Part shown: one piece after another, positions 30,618 through 39,475 of the stretch
Layout: every line of letters begins with the position of its first letter
Position numbering within the stretch: the first letter of the stretch is position 1
Notes under the pieces: generated by a model
Databases searched by the model: none
The model's input: the letters and a program-made list of their open reading frames with translations, nothing else
Told to the model about the DNA's origin: nothing
NCBI GenBank assembly: GCA_965203805.1
Contig: OZ241917.1
Coordinates: forward strand, 2,144,001 to 2,208,000
Reading direction: 5' to 3'
Origin: Candidatus Latescibacterota bacterium
Lineage (GTDB): Bacteria; Latescibacterota; UBA2968; GCA-2709665
DNA: 64,000 nucleotides
Translations under genes and position numbers: made by a program

Positions 30618-31555
30618 CAAGCCGGCAGTTGGTCACATCCTGGCCGTTTACCAATCACGCCTACCACCACGTCCCGCATCTGGTCAATCGTATCCAAATC
30701 GCGATGTTGTGCCGGCCGGTAAAGTCATTGACGAACCGGTGCATGTGCTTTACCGGCATCTTGTGATACGTTCCATAATACCCCACTTCAGCATCGACCA
30801 GAAGGTTTCAATGCCGTTCGTATGGGCCTGACCACGCACATACTCGCCCTCCGAATGCTGGACAGCCTCACGCTCGATATCCCCAGACCATCGAAAACCG
30901 ATGCCTCATCACGGTAAATATACGGGCGTTCGTCCGGACTGGCAACTCCAGACAAGAAATTCCTCAGCGTCTCTCTGTTGGTACGCTCCGGAACCTGTGC
31001 CTTCACCTGCTTGGTCTCCCTGTCTTTCGCACCCATGACAGGCGTTTTACCCACCGTCCCACGCCCTGCACGAAGCTTCTTGCTCGCATGCTTGTTGCCT
31101 TCCTTCCCACCCATATACGTCTCAACCATCTCGATCGGGCCAGCAAAAACCTCGCCGACCTGCTGCCTCGCGTCTTGCAGGCGACGGAACATGAACTACG
31201 CCGTTTTTTAAGTCACGCCGAGACCCCGATGCAGTTTCATGCTCGACACGCCCTTCAAGCTCGTCACGCTTAGATAGATCGCCTACACCCACTTCTTTAC
31301 CGGCACCCTCGACTGCTCCATGACCGTGCCCGTCCTGCAGCTAAATTACGACCTGCAGTCATTGCATCGATACGGCATCGGCTTGCCGCTCTTAACAACC
31401 CGCATTCAAACCACCATAATGCCCACAACACCGATCGCCATCGGGCCAGATTTGCGCCTCAAACCATTTCACCGCAGAAGCCTCGTCCGGAAACATATCC
31501 GCCAACTCCGTTACCTAGATGCCGTCACGATCTGCCTTTCCAGGGCCCTTCTGCA
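30618..31555 (-). pseudogene. IS1595-family transposase remnant
   Basis: MFPDEASAVKWFE, KGVSSMKLHR, ETYMGGKEGNKHASKKLRAGRGTVGK and GTYHKM..KHMHRFVNDF; several stops and frameshifts; ends approximate. Confidence 0.85.
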
Positions 31556-31729
31556 TCTCGTTACGCCGCCCCATGATTTCCTCTATCTCTATCAGCCCAT
31601 AACCTACTGCGTACCAATAAGATACAGGAAAATTATGGGGAAGCCAAGCTAAATACCCAGTTTTCGGGCTTGAGTTTGTGAGAGATGTGCGCTATAATAA
31701 GAAGACCAACCCCCTCTTAACAGGAGAGA

Positions 31730-32035
31730 ATGATGGATATAGTCGGAATCAAGAAGGCGTACTATCTCGTTTTGAACGAGATTTCGAAGCTGGAAAAGAT
31801 CCATGACGACCCCTTTATGATCGAGGATATCCACGAATCCCTCGGTGAAGCCGAAAACATCACCATCGACGACATCGAAGATTGTGTAAGGGAGTTTTTC
31901 AAACAGAATTGGATTAGAGGAACAATGTCCGATAAAATGATAGATGGTCAATACTTCGAGATCGAACGTTTGACGATGACGGGAAAAGCCGCCCTCGAAC
32001 ACTTGAGAAAGCGAGTAGTACCCATTGACGGCTAA
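31730..32035 (+). CDS. Hypothetical winged-helix-like protein; 3' end interrupted by IS630
   Basis: AGGAG RBS; LTMTGKAALE wing motif; last codons lie inside the IS end. Confidence 0.55.
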   Translation: MMDIVGIKKAYYLVLNEISKLEKIHDDPFMIEDIHESLGEAENITIDDIEDCVREFFKQNWIRGTMSDKMIDGQYFEIERLTMTGKAALEHLRKRVVPIDG

Positions 32036-32236
32036 ACCACCTCGTAGTCCGGATACAGTTTTTTCAGTTTGATGCGAGCATCGTTGGTCGTAAACTGCCA
32101 ATTGACCGCCTTGCTTTTGTTGTTTCGGTCGTTCGCCCAGGCGGAAACCTGCTCTTTGAGGAATTCGATATCGGGGATGCGTTCCTTCAAGCATTGATTG
32201 CTCAAGACGCTCATTTCGATCTCGGCGATGTTGAGC

Positions 32237-32255
32237 CCTGCCTGCGGCAGGCAGG
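32237..32255. repeat. Short GC palindrome CCTGCCTGCGGCAGGCAGG
   Basis: 8-bp stem with 3-nt loop, at the deletion junction of the IS630 transposase. Confidence 0.75.
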
Positions 32256-32317
32256 CGGGCGTGTGCGTGTTGAGGTTATCACACACAAACACGACGGTTT
32301 CAGCTTTTGGGTAGTCC

Positions 32318-32606
32318 CACACCTGTCCAAAATCGATTTCTGTCTTGGACAGCATCTGGTTCACTTCCGCGAAGCAGCGCTTCGACCAAGGTAGCGTGAG
32401 TTTCAAAAAGTGCCTATTTCACGGGCTTAATGAGACGGGAACAGCACGATTATGGCCACTGGATGAGTCACTTTGTTCTTGGACAGCATTGCGCAGACGA
32501 TGGCAACCTGGTTTTCATTTTCCGGGTCAAACCCGTCCAAAATCGCCAATTGAAGCTATATTTCGAACCTTATCTCTGAGAATCCGACGGTTCTTGGACA
32601 GCAGTG
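32318..32606. mobile_element. 289-bp MITE with a 9-bp target-site duplication
   Basis: GGGTAGTCC at 32309-32317 and 32607-32615; ends CACACCTGTCCAA / TTGGACAGCAGTG. Confidence 0.85.
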
Positions 32607-32940
32607 GGGTAGTCCATATCCAGGAGATCCTTGATCTCCTGGGCCCAGTCCAGTGCGGTCTTGCGTTGTCTGACACACACCTTGCGCCAGCCCGAAAGCG
32701 GTTCGGTGAACATAAAGTTCACAGCGGTTCCGTTCCGTTCATACTCGTAGTCGTAGCGTTCAGGTTTGCCCGGACGTGTTGTGAGGGGAACACGCGTCTC
32801 CTTGACCAACTGCACCGGGTGTTCGTCCATATTGACCACGGGCTTCAGGGCGTCGTACGGCCGCTGATAGACGTCCAAAATATCCTCCATCGCGGCGACA
32901 AACGCGGCGTTCTGCTTGGGCGGAATCACCCAGCACCTTC

Positions 32941-33396
32941 TCAGGTGAGGCTTAAGTTTGTTTTTTTAAGCTTCCGTTGCACCGTTCGATATGAGATGCT
33001 ATCGACGATCTCTAAAGCCACCAGTTCATCGGCCAACAGCTTCAGCGTCCACCGCTTACGTCCCTTTGGAGGTTCACTGCAAGCCAACGCGATCAATCGG
33101 GCTTCCTTGGCGCCATCCAGCTTTCTTGGTGTGGGAGGATGCGCGCGCTTCTTTCGCTCGAGGGCTGAATCCAGGCCCTCCAGCACATAACGCTTCCGAA
33201 TGCCCTCAACCGTTGACCGATTGAACGAAAAGGCCTCCGTGATCTGTCGATCCAGCCAGGCCGGACCCTCTGCATCGGCCTTGAGAAGGACATGGGCGTG
33301 CCTTATTCGGAAGGCTTGTGTCTTGCCTTTGCTTACCAGATCCTGCAGTTGCTCGCGTTCTTCGGGCGTCAGACGCACAATGTATTTCTTCGGCAT
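32941..33396 (-). CDS. IS630 transposase orfA (HTH)
   Basis: KKYIVRLTPEER...LIALACSEPPKGRKRWTL. Confidence 0.92.
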   Translation of the reverse strand: MPKKYIVRLTPEEREQLQDLVSKGKTQAFRIRHAHVLLKADAEGPAWLDRQITEAFSFNRSTVEGIRKRYVLEGLDSALERKKRAHPPTPRKLDGAKEARLIALACSEPPKGRKRWTLKLLADELVALEIVDSISYRTVQRKLKKTNLSLT

Positions 33397-33470
33397 GCCG
33401 ATGGCTCCTTCCGCTTCAGGGGAGACATCATACTATAGGCACGCGCAGTCTTAGAAGTCAATAGGTACTA

Positions 33471-34691
33471 ATGGTATTCGCGAACTGCTCAGTAGAAAGG
33501 ATTCTTAACGTGGTTCAATTCTGGATACTATTGATTCTGTTTTGGCCTGTTGCTATTCTTTCACAGACAACAACTCCTCGATCACCACAACCTTTGCGTT
33601 TTTCGTTTAGACCACATGAAGCAATAAAAGGTATGGTCTTTAGGGATACAGGCGAATATTATGCTGTCAAACCTCATGAAATGATAATAGGCACGCTTAT
33701 TGGTGATTTTAAGGGTATAGGTCAAAAAGGAGCATGGTTACGAATAATGACGACGCCGCATTATATGGACCACTTAGTTTTCTATGATCCTGAATCACAA
33801 CGCGAATTTTTCGGTCGGCAATTAACATCAGGTGAAGAGACAAACTGGTTTCAAGTAGATATTGAAGGCGATGGGATTCTGGAGCTGATGGTTGTCACTC
33901 CCTGGCTTTATAATCCGAAACGTTTTGAAACAGACGGGCTCATAAAACATCCTACCGTGACTATTTACCGTATAAGCAATGGCAATCTTATTCATAATGA
34001 GCAGGAGGAGTTCTATGGACAATGGGCTAGTGTGGGTAATATGACTGGTGATTTAAAAGATGAACTCATTTTGTTTCAGTACCCTAATCCTGACAATGAT
34101 TATTATAGAGGGCCTATTGATATTTTGGTTCTTTCTTGGAATAGAAATAAGTTTGAACAGATTGCCCAAGTTTCTTTACCCGCGATATACCTACATGTTG
34201 ATGTATTTGATATAAATAATGATGGTCGTGATGAGATTATTGCGCTGAAATCAGGTTACGATAAAACGGGCAAACCTCGGCCAATAAAGTTGGCGATTTA
34301 TTCTTATGTAGAGCATCCTGAGTTAGCTCTGATTGATGAAGTTGATTTTCAAATAGAATTAAGTGGTGTGAGGTGCCTAAACCACCTTTGGACGCAATCG
34401 TTGAAAAATGGAGGATATCGTATTATAGTACCTATTCCTGAAATATATGTGGAAGGTAAGGGTTTTCCTGGTATTTTGGAATATCGTAGTTATCGCTTAA
34501 TAGCGAATCGGTTGTTTAGAGATCCAGAGCCATTGGATTTTAAATGGGAGTCTTATAACGGCGATCTACCCTTGTCACTATCCTGGCCCCCTTCGCCGAA
34601 ACCGCAAGTTGTCAAAGGATATTTACAGATTCGTGATAAGAAAGGTATGGAATTTATAAGAGAAGATGCTTCGGACTCACCGAAGCAATAA
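33471..34691 (+). CDS. Hypothetical secreted protein with FG-GAP/VCBS-like repeats
   Basis: Hydrophobic N-terminus (possible GTG start at 33510); DIEGDGILE, MTGDLKDE and DINNDGRDE; AT-rich. Confidence 0.7.
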   Translation: MVFANCSVERILNVVQFWILLILFWPVAILSQTTTPRSPQPLRFSFRPHEAIKGMVFRDTGEYYAVKPHEMIIGTLIGDFKGIGQKGAWLRIMTTPHYMDHLVFYDPESQREFFGRQLTSGEETNWFQVDIEGDGILELMVVTPWLYNPKRFETDGLIKHPTVTIYRISNGNLIHNEQEEFYGQWASVGNMTGDLKDELILFQYPNPDNDYYRGPIDILVLSWNRNKFEQIAQVSLPAIYLHVDVFDINNDGRDEIIALKSGYDKTGKPRPIKLAIYSYVEHPELALIDEVDFQIELSGVRCLNHLWTQSLKNGGYRIIVPIPEIYVEGKGFPGILEYRSYRLIANRLFRDPEPLDFKWESYNGDLPLSLSWPPSPKPQVVKGYLQIRDKKGMEFIREDASDSPKQ

Positions 34692-34745
34692 AGCTCGGGA
34701 CACACTCTGGGCTTGTCGCGCTCGGTTCAGTTTGCTAGATTTCCA

Positions 34746-34841
34746 CTAGCGTCTTTTCCTGGGTCGTTTGCGCCAATGGCCTTGGACCCAGACCTTATCG
34801 GACCTGCGATCCTTACGGCGGCGCTGGTTCTTACTGGGCAT
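34746..34841 (-). CDS. Unannotated 31-aa Arg/Lys-rich peptide
   Basis: GGGAGGTGA RBS, then MPSKNQRRRKDRRSDKVWVQGHWRKRPRKRR*. Confidence 0.55.
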   Translation of the reverse strand: MPSKNQRRRKDRRSDKVWVQGHWRKRPRKRR

Positions 34842-34870
34842 CGGAGTTCACCTCCCTTCAGACGCTATTC

Positions 34871-34901
34871 AGAACGCCTGTTCCTGCAGGCGTTCTTTTT
34901 T
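34871..34901 (+). terminator. Intrinsic terminator
   Basis: AGAACGCCTG-6 nt-CAGGCGTTCT followed by a T run. Confidence 0.7.
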
Positions 34902-34992
34902 ATATAAAGATGCTGTCTTTTGTAATCACGATAGTTACTATTAAGGTGGCTTTAAATAACGTAACCTTTAATATTAACGAAGGTGATTATAA

Positions 34993-35325
34993 ATGTCAAC
35001 AGGCGGTATTGGCATTGCGCGTGATGAATTGGAGAAACTAGGCGCGGAAACCCTGCGGGATGAAGAACTGTTGGCAATACTTCTCCGGACCGAAGCAGAA
35101 AGAGCAGAGGGCATTTTGAAACAAAGCTCCTTACAAGTGCTAATTGGGATGCAACTATCTGAACTGATCGCCGTAAAGGGTGTTGGGAGGATAAAGGGAG
35201 CTGGATTGATCGCCGCGTTTGAACTCGCCAGAAGGGCACTTAACCAGGGCTTGGGGATAGAACCATCCATTACCAAGCTCGCTATACTGGTGAGGGTCTT
35301 CTTGTATATTTGGAACCATGTTTAA
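34993..35325 (+). pseudogene. radC: Truncated RadC (UPF0758) N-terminal/HhH part; JAB domain missing
   Basis: LGAETLRDEELLAILLRT...VKGVGRIKG..LIAAFELARR; similarity ends at about 35280. Confidence 0.8.
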
Positions 35326-35344
35326 AATGAGGGGTATACAACAT

Positions 35345-35911
35345 ATGAGAATCCCTATTATCATCCTACTGAGCCTGGGCCTATTGTCCTGTGGCACTGA
35401 TCCTACCTTTGCGCCGAATCCAGCAGAAGATTTGATTGGACAGTGGCAAGCTACTGAGATGGGTTTCTCTTATATTTTCTCAGGTCGGTTGTCCTATTAC
35501 TTATTAGACAAGAATATTGACAGCCTTCGAGTCCAGGCGCGATTACAGGCAGCTCGTGCAATAGCGGATACCTTTGTCGTATTTGAGCGGGTTCGTATTA
35601 CCGAGTTCAAAGAGGATGGGACTTATACAGATACAGAAGGGGGTGTTGGCCGGTGGAACGTGGAGTCTCGTGGAAATTATCTATTGAATCTGGTGGACTC
35701 AAGAGGACGGCAAATAGAGTATAGAATTCATCAGAGCAATTTTGATTATTTCGAAAAGGAGTTGAATAAGGAACAGTTTATGCATATATTAAGACAATTG
35801 ACAACTATAAGTGATGAGATGTTGGCTGTGATCGAGGTCGTATTTGATAAGAAGTATGTTGGCGATTACGGTATATCGTACGCGTACAGACGGAGAGGCG
35901 TGACACCATAA
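35345..35911 (+). CDS. Hypothetical lipoprotein
   Basis: Lipobox LLSC after a hydrophobic stretch; LIGQW lipocalin-like start. Confidence 0.7.
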   Translation: MRIPIIILLSLGLLSCGTDPTFAPNPAEDLIGQWQATEMGFSYIFSGRLSYYLLDKNIDSLRVQARLQAARAIADTFVVFERVRITEFKEDGTYTDTEGGVGRWNVESRGNYLLNLVDSRGRQIEYRIHQSNFDYFEKELNKEQFMHILRQLTTISDEMLAVIEVVFDKKYVGDYGISYAYRRRGVTP

Positions 35912-35937
35912 CCCATCTTCATTGAAAGGGGATTCAC

Positions 35938-36174
35938 ATGTCTGCTCTCCCACTAGTACACCAACCCTCATTCAAATGGTTCTGCTGCCGCTACCTGCTC
36001 CGCGTGTTGTGTATCGACACCAGTTACAGCGACAAGCGGGCGGAGGTCTTCTTCAAGTGTCGAGACGGTCGCTACAAACCGGGTCGGCCCGGTATGCTGT
36101 GTGAGAAGCGCGCTTGTTTGAACTGTCGAAAAGAACACGGGATACCGAAGACAGTGCATCGGTTTTATTCCTGA
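35938..36174 (+). CDS. Small Cys-rich hypothetical protein
   Basis: AAGGGG RBS; 7 Cys including CLNC; followed by hairpins. Confidence 0.4.
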   Translation: MSALPLVHQPSFKWFCCRYLLRVLCIDTSYSDKRAEVFFKCRDGRYKPGRPGMLCEKRACLNCRKEHGIPKTVHRFYS

Positions 36175-36217
36175 TTCTCTACTCGCGCGTTAGGTGTCCC
36201 TCCCTTCACCGAGCGCG

Positions 36218-36264
36218 AGAATCCCCCTGGGCGGCTGGAGAGAGGCCCAGGGGGATTCTTTCTT
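36218..36264 (+). terminator. Intrinsic terminator
   Basis: 15-bp stem AGAATCCCCCTGGGC / GCCCAGGGGGATTCT followed by TTCTT. Confidence 0.7.
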
Positions 36265-36292
36265 GACGTCCATTTTATCGTCTCCCTATATT
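36263..36292 (+). promoter_or_regulatory. Putative sigma70 promoter
   Basis: TTGACG-18 bp-TATATT. Confidence 0.5.
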
Positions 36293-36332
36293 GATGATGC
36301 TACCAATCATTATCAACGCAGGGAGGCTTGTT

Positions 36333-36587
36333 ATGTTTAGACGTAGAAAAAAGCAAGTAGATAAAGATTATGGTTTGGTGGATGGAACAGTAGAGGAAAT
36401 GGCGGTGGCGTTGGCTTTGACGATGATAGATGTCCTCCATACATTATCACCGACAATCCGTGCTCAGGTTGCATCGCGGATTCGAGAAAATCAGTTGCAA
36501 TTGGGAAATCTATCTTATACCTCAGAATTGGTGACTAAGAGGCAGGTGCAACGTATTCGGACTGTATTTATGAGAGCCTGTGAATAA
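36333..36587 (+). CDS. Hypothetical protein
   Basis: GGGAGG RBS before ATG 36333; co-oriented with the Abi-like gene. Confidence 0.55.
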   Translation: MFRRRKKQVDKDYGLVDGTVEEMAVALALTMIDVLHTLSPTIRAQVASRIRENQLQLGNLSYTSELVTKRQVQRIRTVFMRACE

Positions 36588-37262
36588 AAAGGGAGAATAA
36601 AGTAATATGAAATTGAGAATTCTTAGTGTGCAGAAATTGGTGTGGTTTGGAGTCGCTGTCTTGTTAGTTTGGGTTGCGGTTCCTGGGATAATTTGGTGGA
36701 TACTTGATGGATGGAGTTGGAGTGAACGGGGTCAATTTGGGGATATGTTTGGTACTGTGAATGCATTATTTGCAGGATTAGCCTTTGCGGGATTGTTATG
36801 GGCCTTAATGCTACAAAGAGAAGAATTGAAACTACAACGAAAAGAATTAAAATTACAGCGAGAAGAACTAATTGAAACACGGCAAGAGATTAAGGGACAG
36901 AAAGAACAATTAACAATTCAAGCTCAGACTTTACAAAGACAAAATTTCGAAGATACCTTTTTTCAGTTATTGCGTTTTCATAATAATATCGTTGATTCAA
37001 TAGTATATGAGGGTAATCGTATTGGCCGAAATGCTCTTGCGGCAATGCATAATGATTTTAAGAACACATATAAGGAATCGACATACGGACGTGATCATAG
37101 AGATATTTCGGTCAGATTTGGATACAACTCATTACACCTTATAGTAGCATCTTGATGCACTATTTTCAACATATATGTAATATTTTAGTTTTCGTAGATC
37201 AACATCCATTTTTACAAGAACAAAAGGATCGTCACTATTATGTAAATTTTATTAGAGGTATG

Positions 37263-38351
37263 CTAGTGTCTTGTCCCATGAATTAGTTCAAAAAGTCTAG
37301 TAATCTTGTCAAGGATCGATTCTGCGGTGGCGGTCCAGACGAACGGTCGTGAGTTGGTGTTGTAATGGTTGGTGAAATCCTGAATGTTGGCGATGAGGTC
37401 TTTCACCTTTTTGAAGGTCCCGCGTCGGATGGCTTTCTGGGTAATGATGCCGAACCAGATCTCGACCTGGTTGAGCCAGGACGCATAGGTCGGTGTATAG
37501 TGAACGTGGTATCGGGGCCTGGCTGCGATCCAGCGTTTGATTTTTTCGTGCTTGTGCGTGGCGTAGTTGTCGACGACGAGATGAATGTCAAGGTCCTTCG
37601 GGACGTTTTGGTCGATATATTTGAGGAATTGTAAAAATTCCTGGTGTCGATGTCGGGGTTTGCATTGGGCCAGCACCTTGCCGGAAGCGACCTCCAGCGC
37701 GGCGAACAAGGTCGTGGTGCCGTGCCGGATATAATTGTGGGTGACCCCTTCCACATAGCCCAACCCCAAAGGCAATATCGGCTGCGTTCGTTCCAATGCC
37801 TGGATCTGACTCTTTTCGTCAACGCATAATACCATCGCGTTGTCGGGAGGGTTCAGATACAGGCCGACAATGTCACGTACCTTCTCGACAAAGAACGGAT
37901 CATTGGACAGCTTGAAGTGTTTTTGTCGGTGCGGCTGTAGACCAAACGCTTTCCACACGCGCTGAACCGTGGACTTGGACAGTTGCGTCTGGGCTGCCAG
38001 AGAGCGGCAGGTCCAGTGGGTGGCTCCCGACGGCTTGTCTTTGAGCGTTGCATGAATCAGCGAGGCGATGCGCTCATCGCTGATCGACCGGGGGCCCCCG
38101 GGGCGCAATTCATCATAAAGCCCCATCAGACCTTGTTCTAAAAACCGACGGCGCCACTTCCCGACTGTGGCTCCCGACAGACCAAGCTGTCGTCCGATCT
38201 GCTGATTCGACAGCCCTTGATCACTCATCAGAACGATCTTCGCCCGGCACACAAGACTGTGCGACATGCTTCTTGAACGGGAAATGGTTTCCAGTTGCGC
38301 ACGAACCTCATCCCCAATACTCAGTGGCGCTAACGGACGTCCCCTGGCCAT
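37263..38351 (-). CDS. IS630 transposase
   Basis: LCVDEKSQIQAL, DNYATHK and YTPTYASWLNQVE motifs. Confidence 0.95.
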   Translation of the reverse strand: MARGRPLAPLSIGDEVRAQLETISRSRSMSHSLVCRAKIVLMSDQGLSNQQIGRQLGLSGATVGKWRRRFLEQGLMGLYDELRPGGPRSISDERIASLIHATLKDKPSGATHWTCRSLAAQTQLSKSTVQRVWKAFGLQPHRQKHFKLSNDPFFVEKVRDIVGLYLNPPDNAMVLCVDEKSQIQALERTQPILPLGLGYVEGVTHNYIRHGTTTLFAALEVASGKVLAQCKPRHRHQEFLQFLKYIDQNVPKDLDIHLVVDNYATHKHEKIKRWIAARPRYHVHYTPTYASWLNQVEIWFGIITQKAIRRGTFKKVKDLIANIQDFTNHYNTNSRPFVWTATAESILDKITRLFELIHGTRH

Positions 38352-38426
38352 AGATTCCTCCTTTCGCTATAGGGAATCTATGGCAAGTGAACTATTTTTG
38401 CAAGTTATTCCTGGGACGAAACACTA
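37264..38426 (-). mobile_element. IS630-family element, apparently intact
   Basis: TIRs TAGTGTCTTGTCCCA / TGGGACGAAACACTA; inserted in CTAG with TA duplication. Confidence 0.92.
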
Positions 38427-38656
38427 GCTTCTTATGAAATGACATTGCTCTTTTACTATTGTCTGATCTCAACTCGAACTGGACATATTTTGCAATCTTT
38501 AATTGAAAAGTACCATATATTTACTGATGTCCATGGTGAGTTATTTTTTGAACCAAGGCATCAAAATTATTTCGCACAATCGGCCTTTGATCAAGAATAA
38601 TTCATCTGTGATATCGGCGATTATTTATGGGAATCTATTGTTAGGAAAATAGATAA

Positions 38657-39391
38657 ATGTCGCGTGCCATTGAAGAAGAACCAGAAAATTTTATTGAACG
38701 ATATAATCGTCTTTTTAGTCTTGCACAAACAGCCTTTGAAAAATGGGCTAATAGTGAACGTACTAATCAGTTTCCACAAGTCGTAGTAAGTGGCGAGCCT
38801 ATTGATCTAGGTTTTAAATCTGTTGTTGATTTACTTCCTACAGAAACAACAGTGCTTGATCGTGACCATCTTATTGCTGTATATTGTGCAATTATTGAGG
38901 CTTATTTATATCGTAGCGGACATTGGTCTGCTGGACAGTTATTTAGGATATTTTCAAGTAATTATCAAAATATGCTTGAGGTAGAGAAACAATCAGTTAT
39001 TCAAAAAGGTTTCTCTATGGTTGTGCATAAGGTTGGCAGCGCTGAAGCATTGGAAGCAGTCACACCATTGAAAACCGTTACCAATGATCAATATTCAGAA
39101 CTTTATGAGGAATTGGTTGAAGACTGGGGAAACCCAGTGCAGAAAAAAGTAGCTGCAATAATGCGAGGGCAATTAAAATTCATCCATACTTTTCTTCCTC
39201 GACATAAAATAGGAGATAATTTTGAACGAGAACGAAGAGATCGGATAGAACCTTTACCACTTTATATACGAAATGAAATTCATCATCCAACTATAAAGGG
39301 ATTACCCGAGACCCCTGCATTTCGACGTGATAAAAGTATTGGCTATGCGATCATGGAAGTATGGCTATCTATAGAAAAAGATATGAATTAA
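38657..39391 (+). CDS. Hypothetical protein with a C-terminal HEPN-like RxxxxH motif
   Basis: LPLYIRNEIHHP; AT-rich ORF directly after the Abi-like gene. Confidence 0.6.
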   Translation: MSRAIEEEPENFIERYNRLFSLAQTAFEKWANSERTNQFPQVVVSGEPIDLGFKSVVDLLPTETTVLDRDHLIAVYCAIIEAYLYRSGHWSAGQLFRIFSSNYQNMLEVEKQSVIQKGFSMVVHKVGSAEALEAVTPLKTVTNDQYSELYEELVEDWGNPVQKKVAAIMRGQLKFIHTFLPRHKIGDNFERERRDRIEPLPLYIRNEIHHPTIKGLPETPAFRRDKSIGYAIMEVWLSIEKDMN

Positions 39392-39475
39392 AAAGTATCC
39401 TTGATTTTAAGGATACTTTTCTTTATGATATTTCCCGCTACTGATCACTATTTATCTTTACGCGGGGAGACTTTT

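Larger units (their letters stand above)
32032..32929 (-). pseudogene. IS630 transposase orfB (DDE), split by a MITE and carrying an internal deletion
   Basis: VNMDE...YERNGT...DYP | DYPKAETVVFVCDNLNTH...LNIAEIE...WQFTTNDARIKL. Confidence 0.88.
32016..33470 (-). mobile_element. IS630-family element, inactivated
   Basis: TIRs TAGTACCCATTGAC / GTCAATAGGTACTA with TA at both ends; orfA/orfB joined at an A7 slippery site (32961-32967). Confidence 0.9.
36607..38600 (+). pseudogene. Putative phage abortive infection protein (putAbiC-like), frameshifted and IS-interrupted
   Basis: 2 TM + GQFGDMFGTVNALF + coiled coil + FEDTFFQLL. After a frameshift at about 37132: LMHYF...YYVNFIRGML | ASYEMTLLFYYCL...LIEKY, in frame across the IS. 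Confidence 0.8.

Noticed and set aside
32318-32606. Repeated CTTGGACAGCA as a possible mini-CRISPR array
   Set aside because: Repeats are too short, spacing is over 100 bp and irregular, there are no cas genes, and the TSD indicates a MITE
34716-36218. 11-bp inverted repeat TCGCGCTCGGT flanking the radC-lipoprotein segment
   Set aside because: Short, no TSD and no recombinase nearby; may be chance
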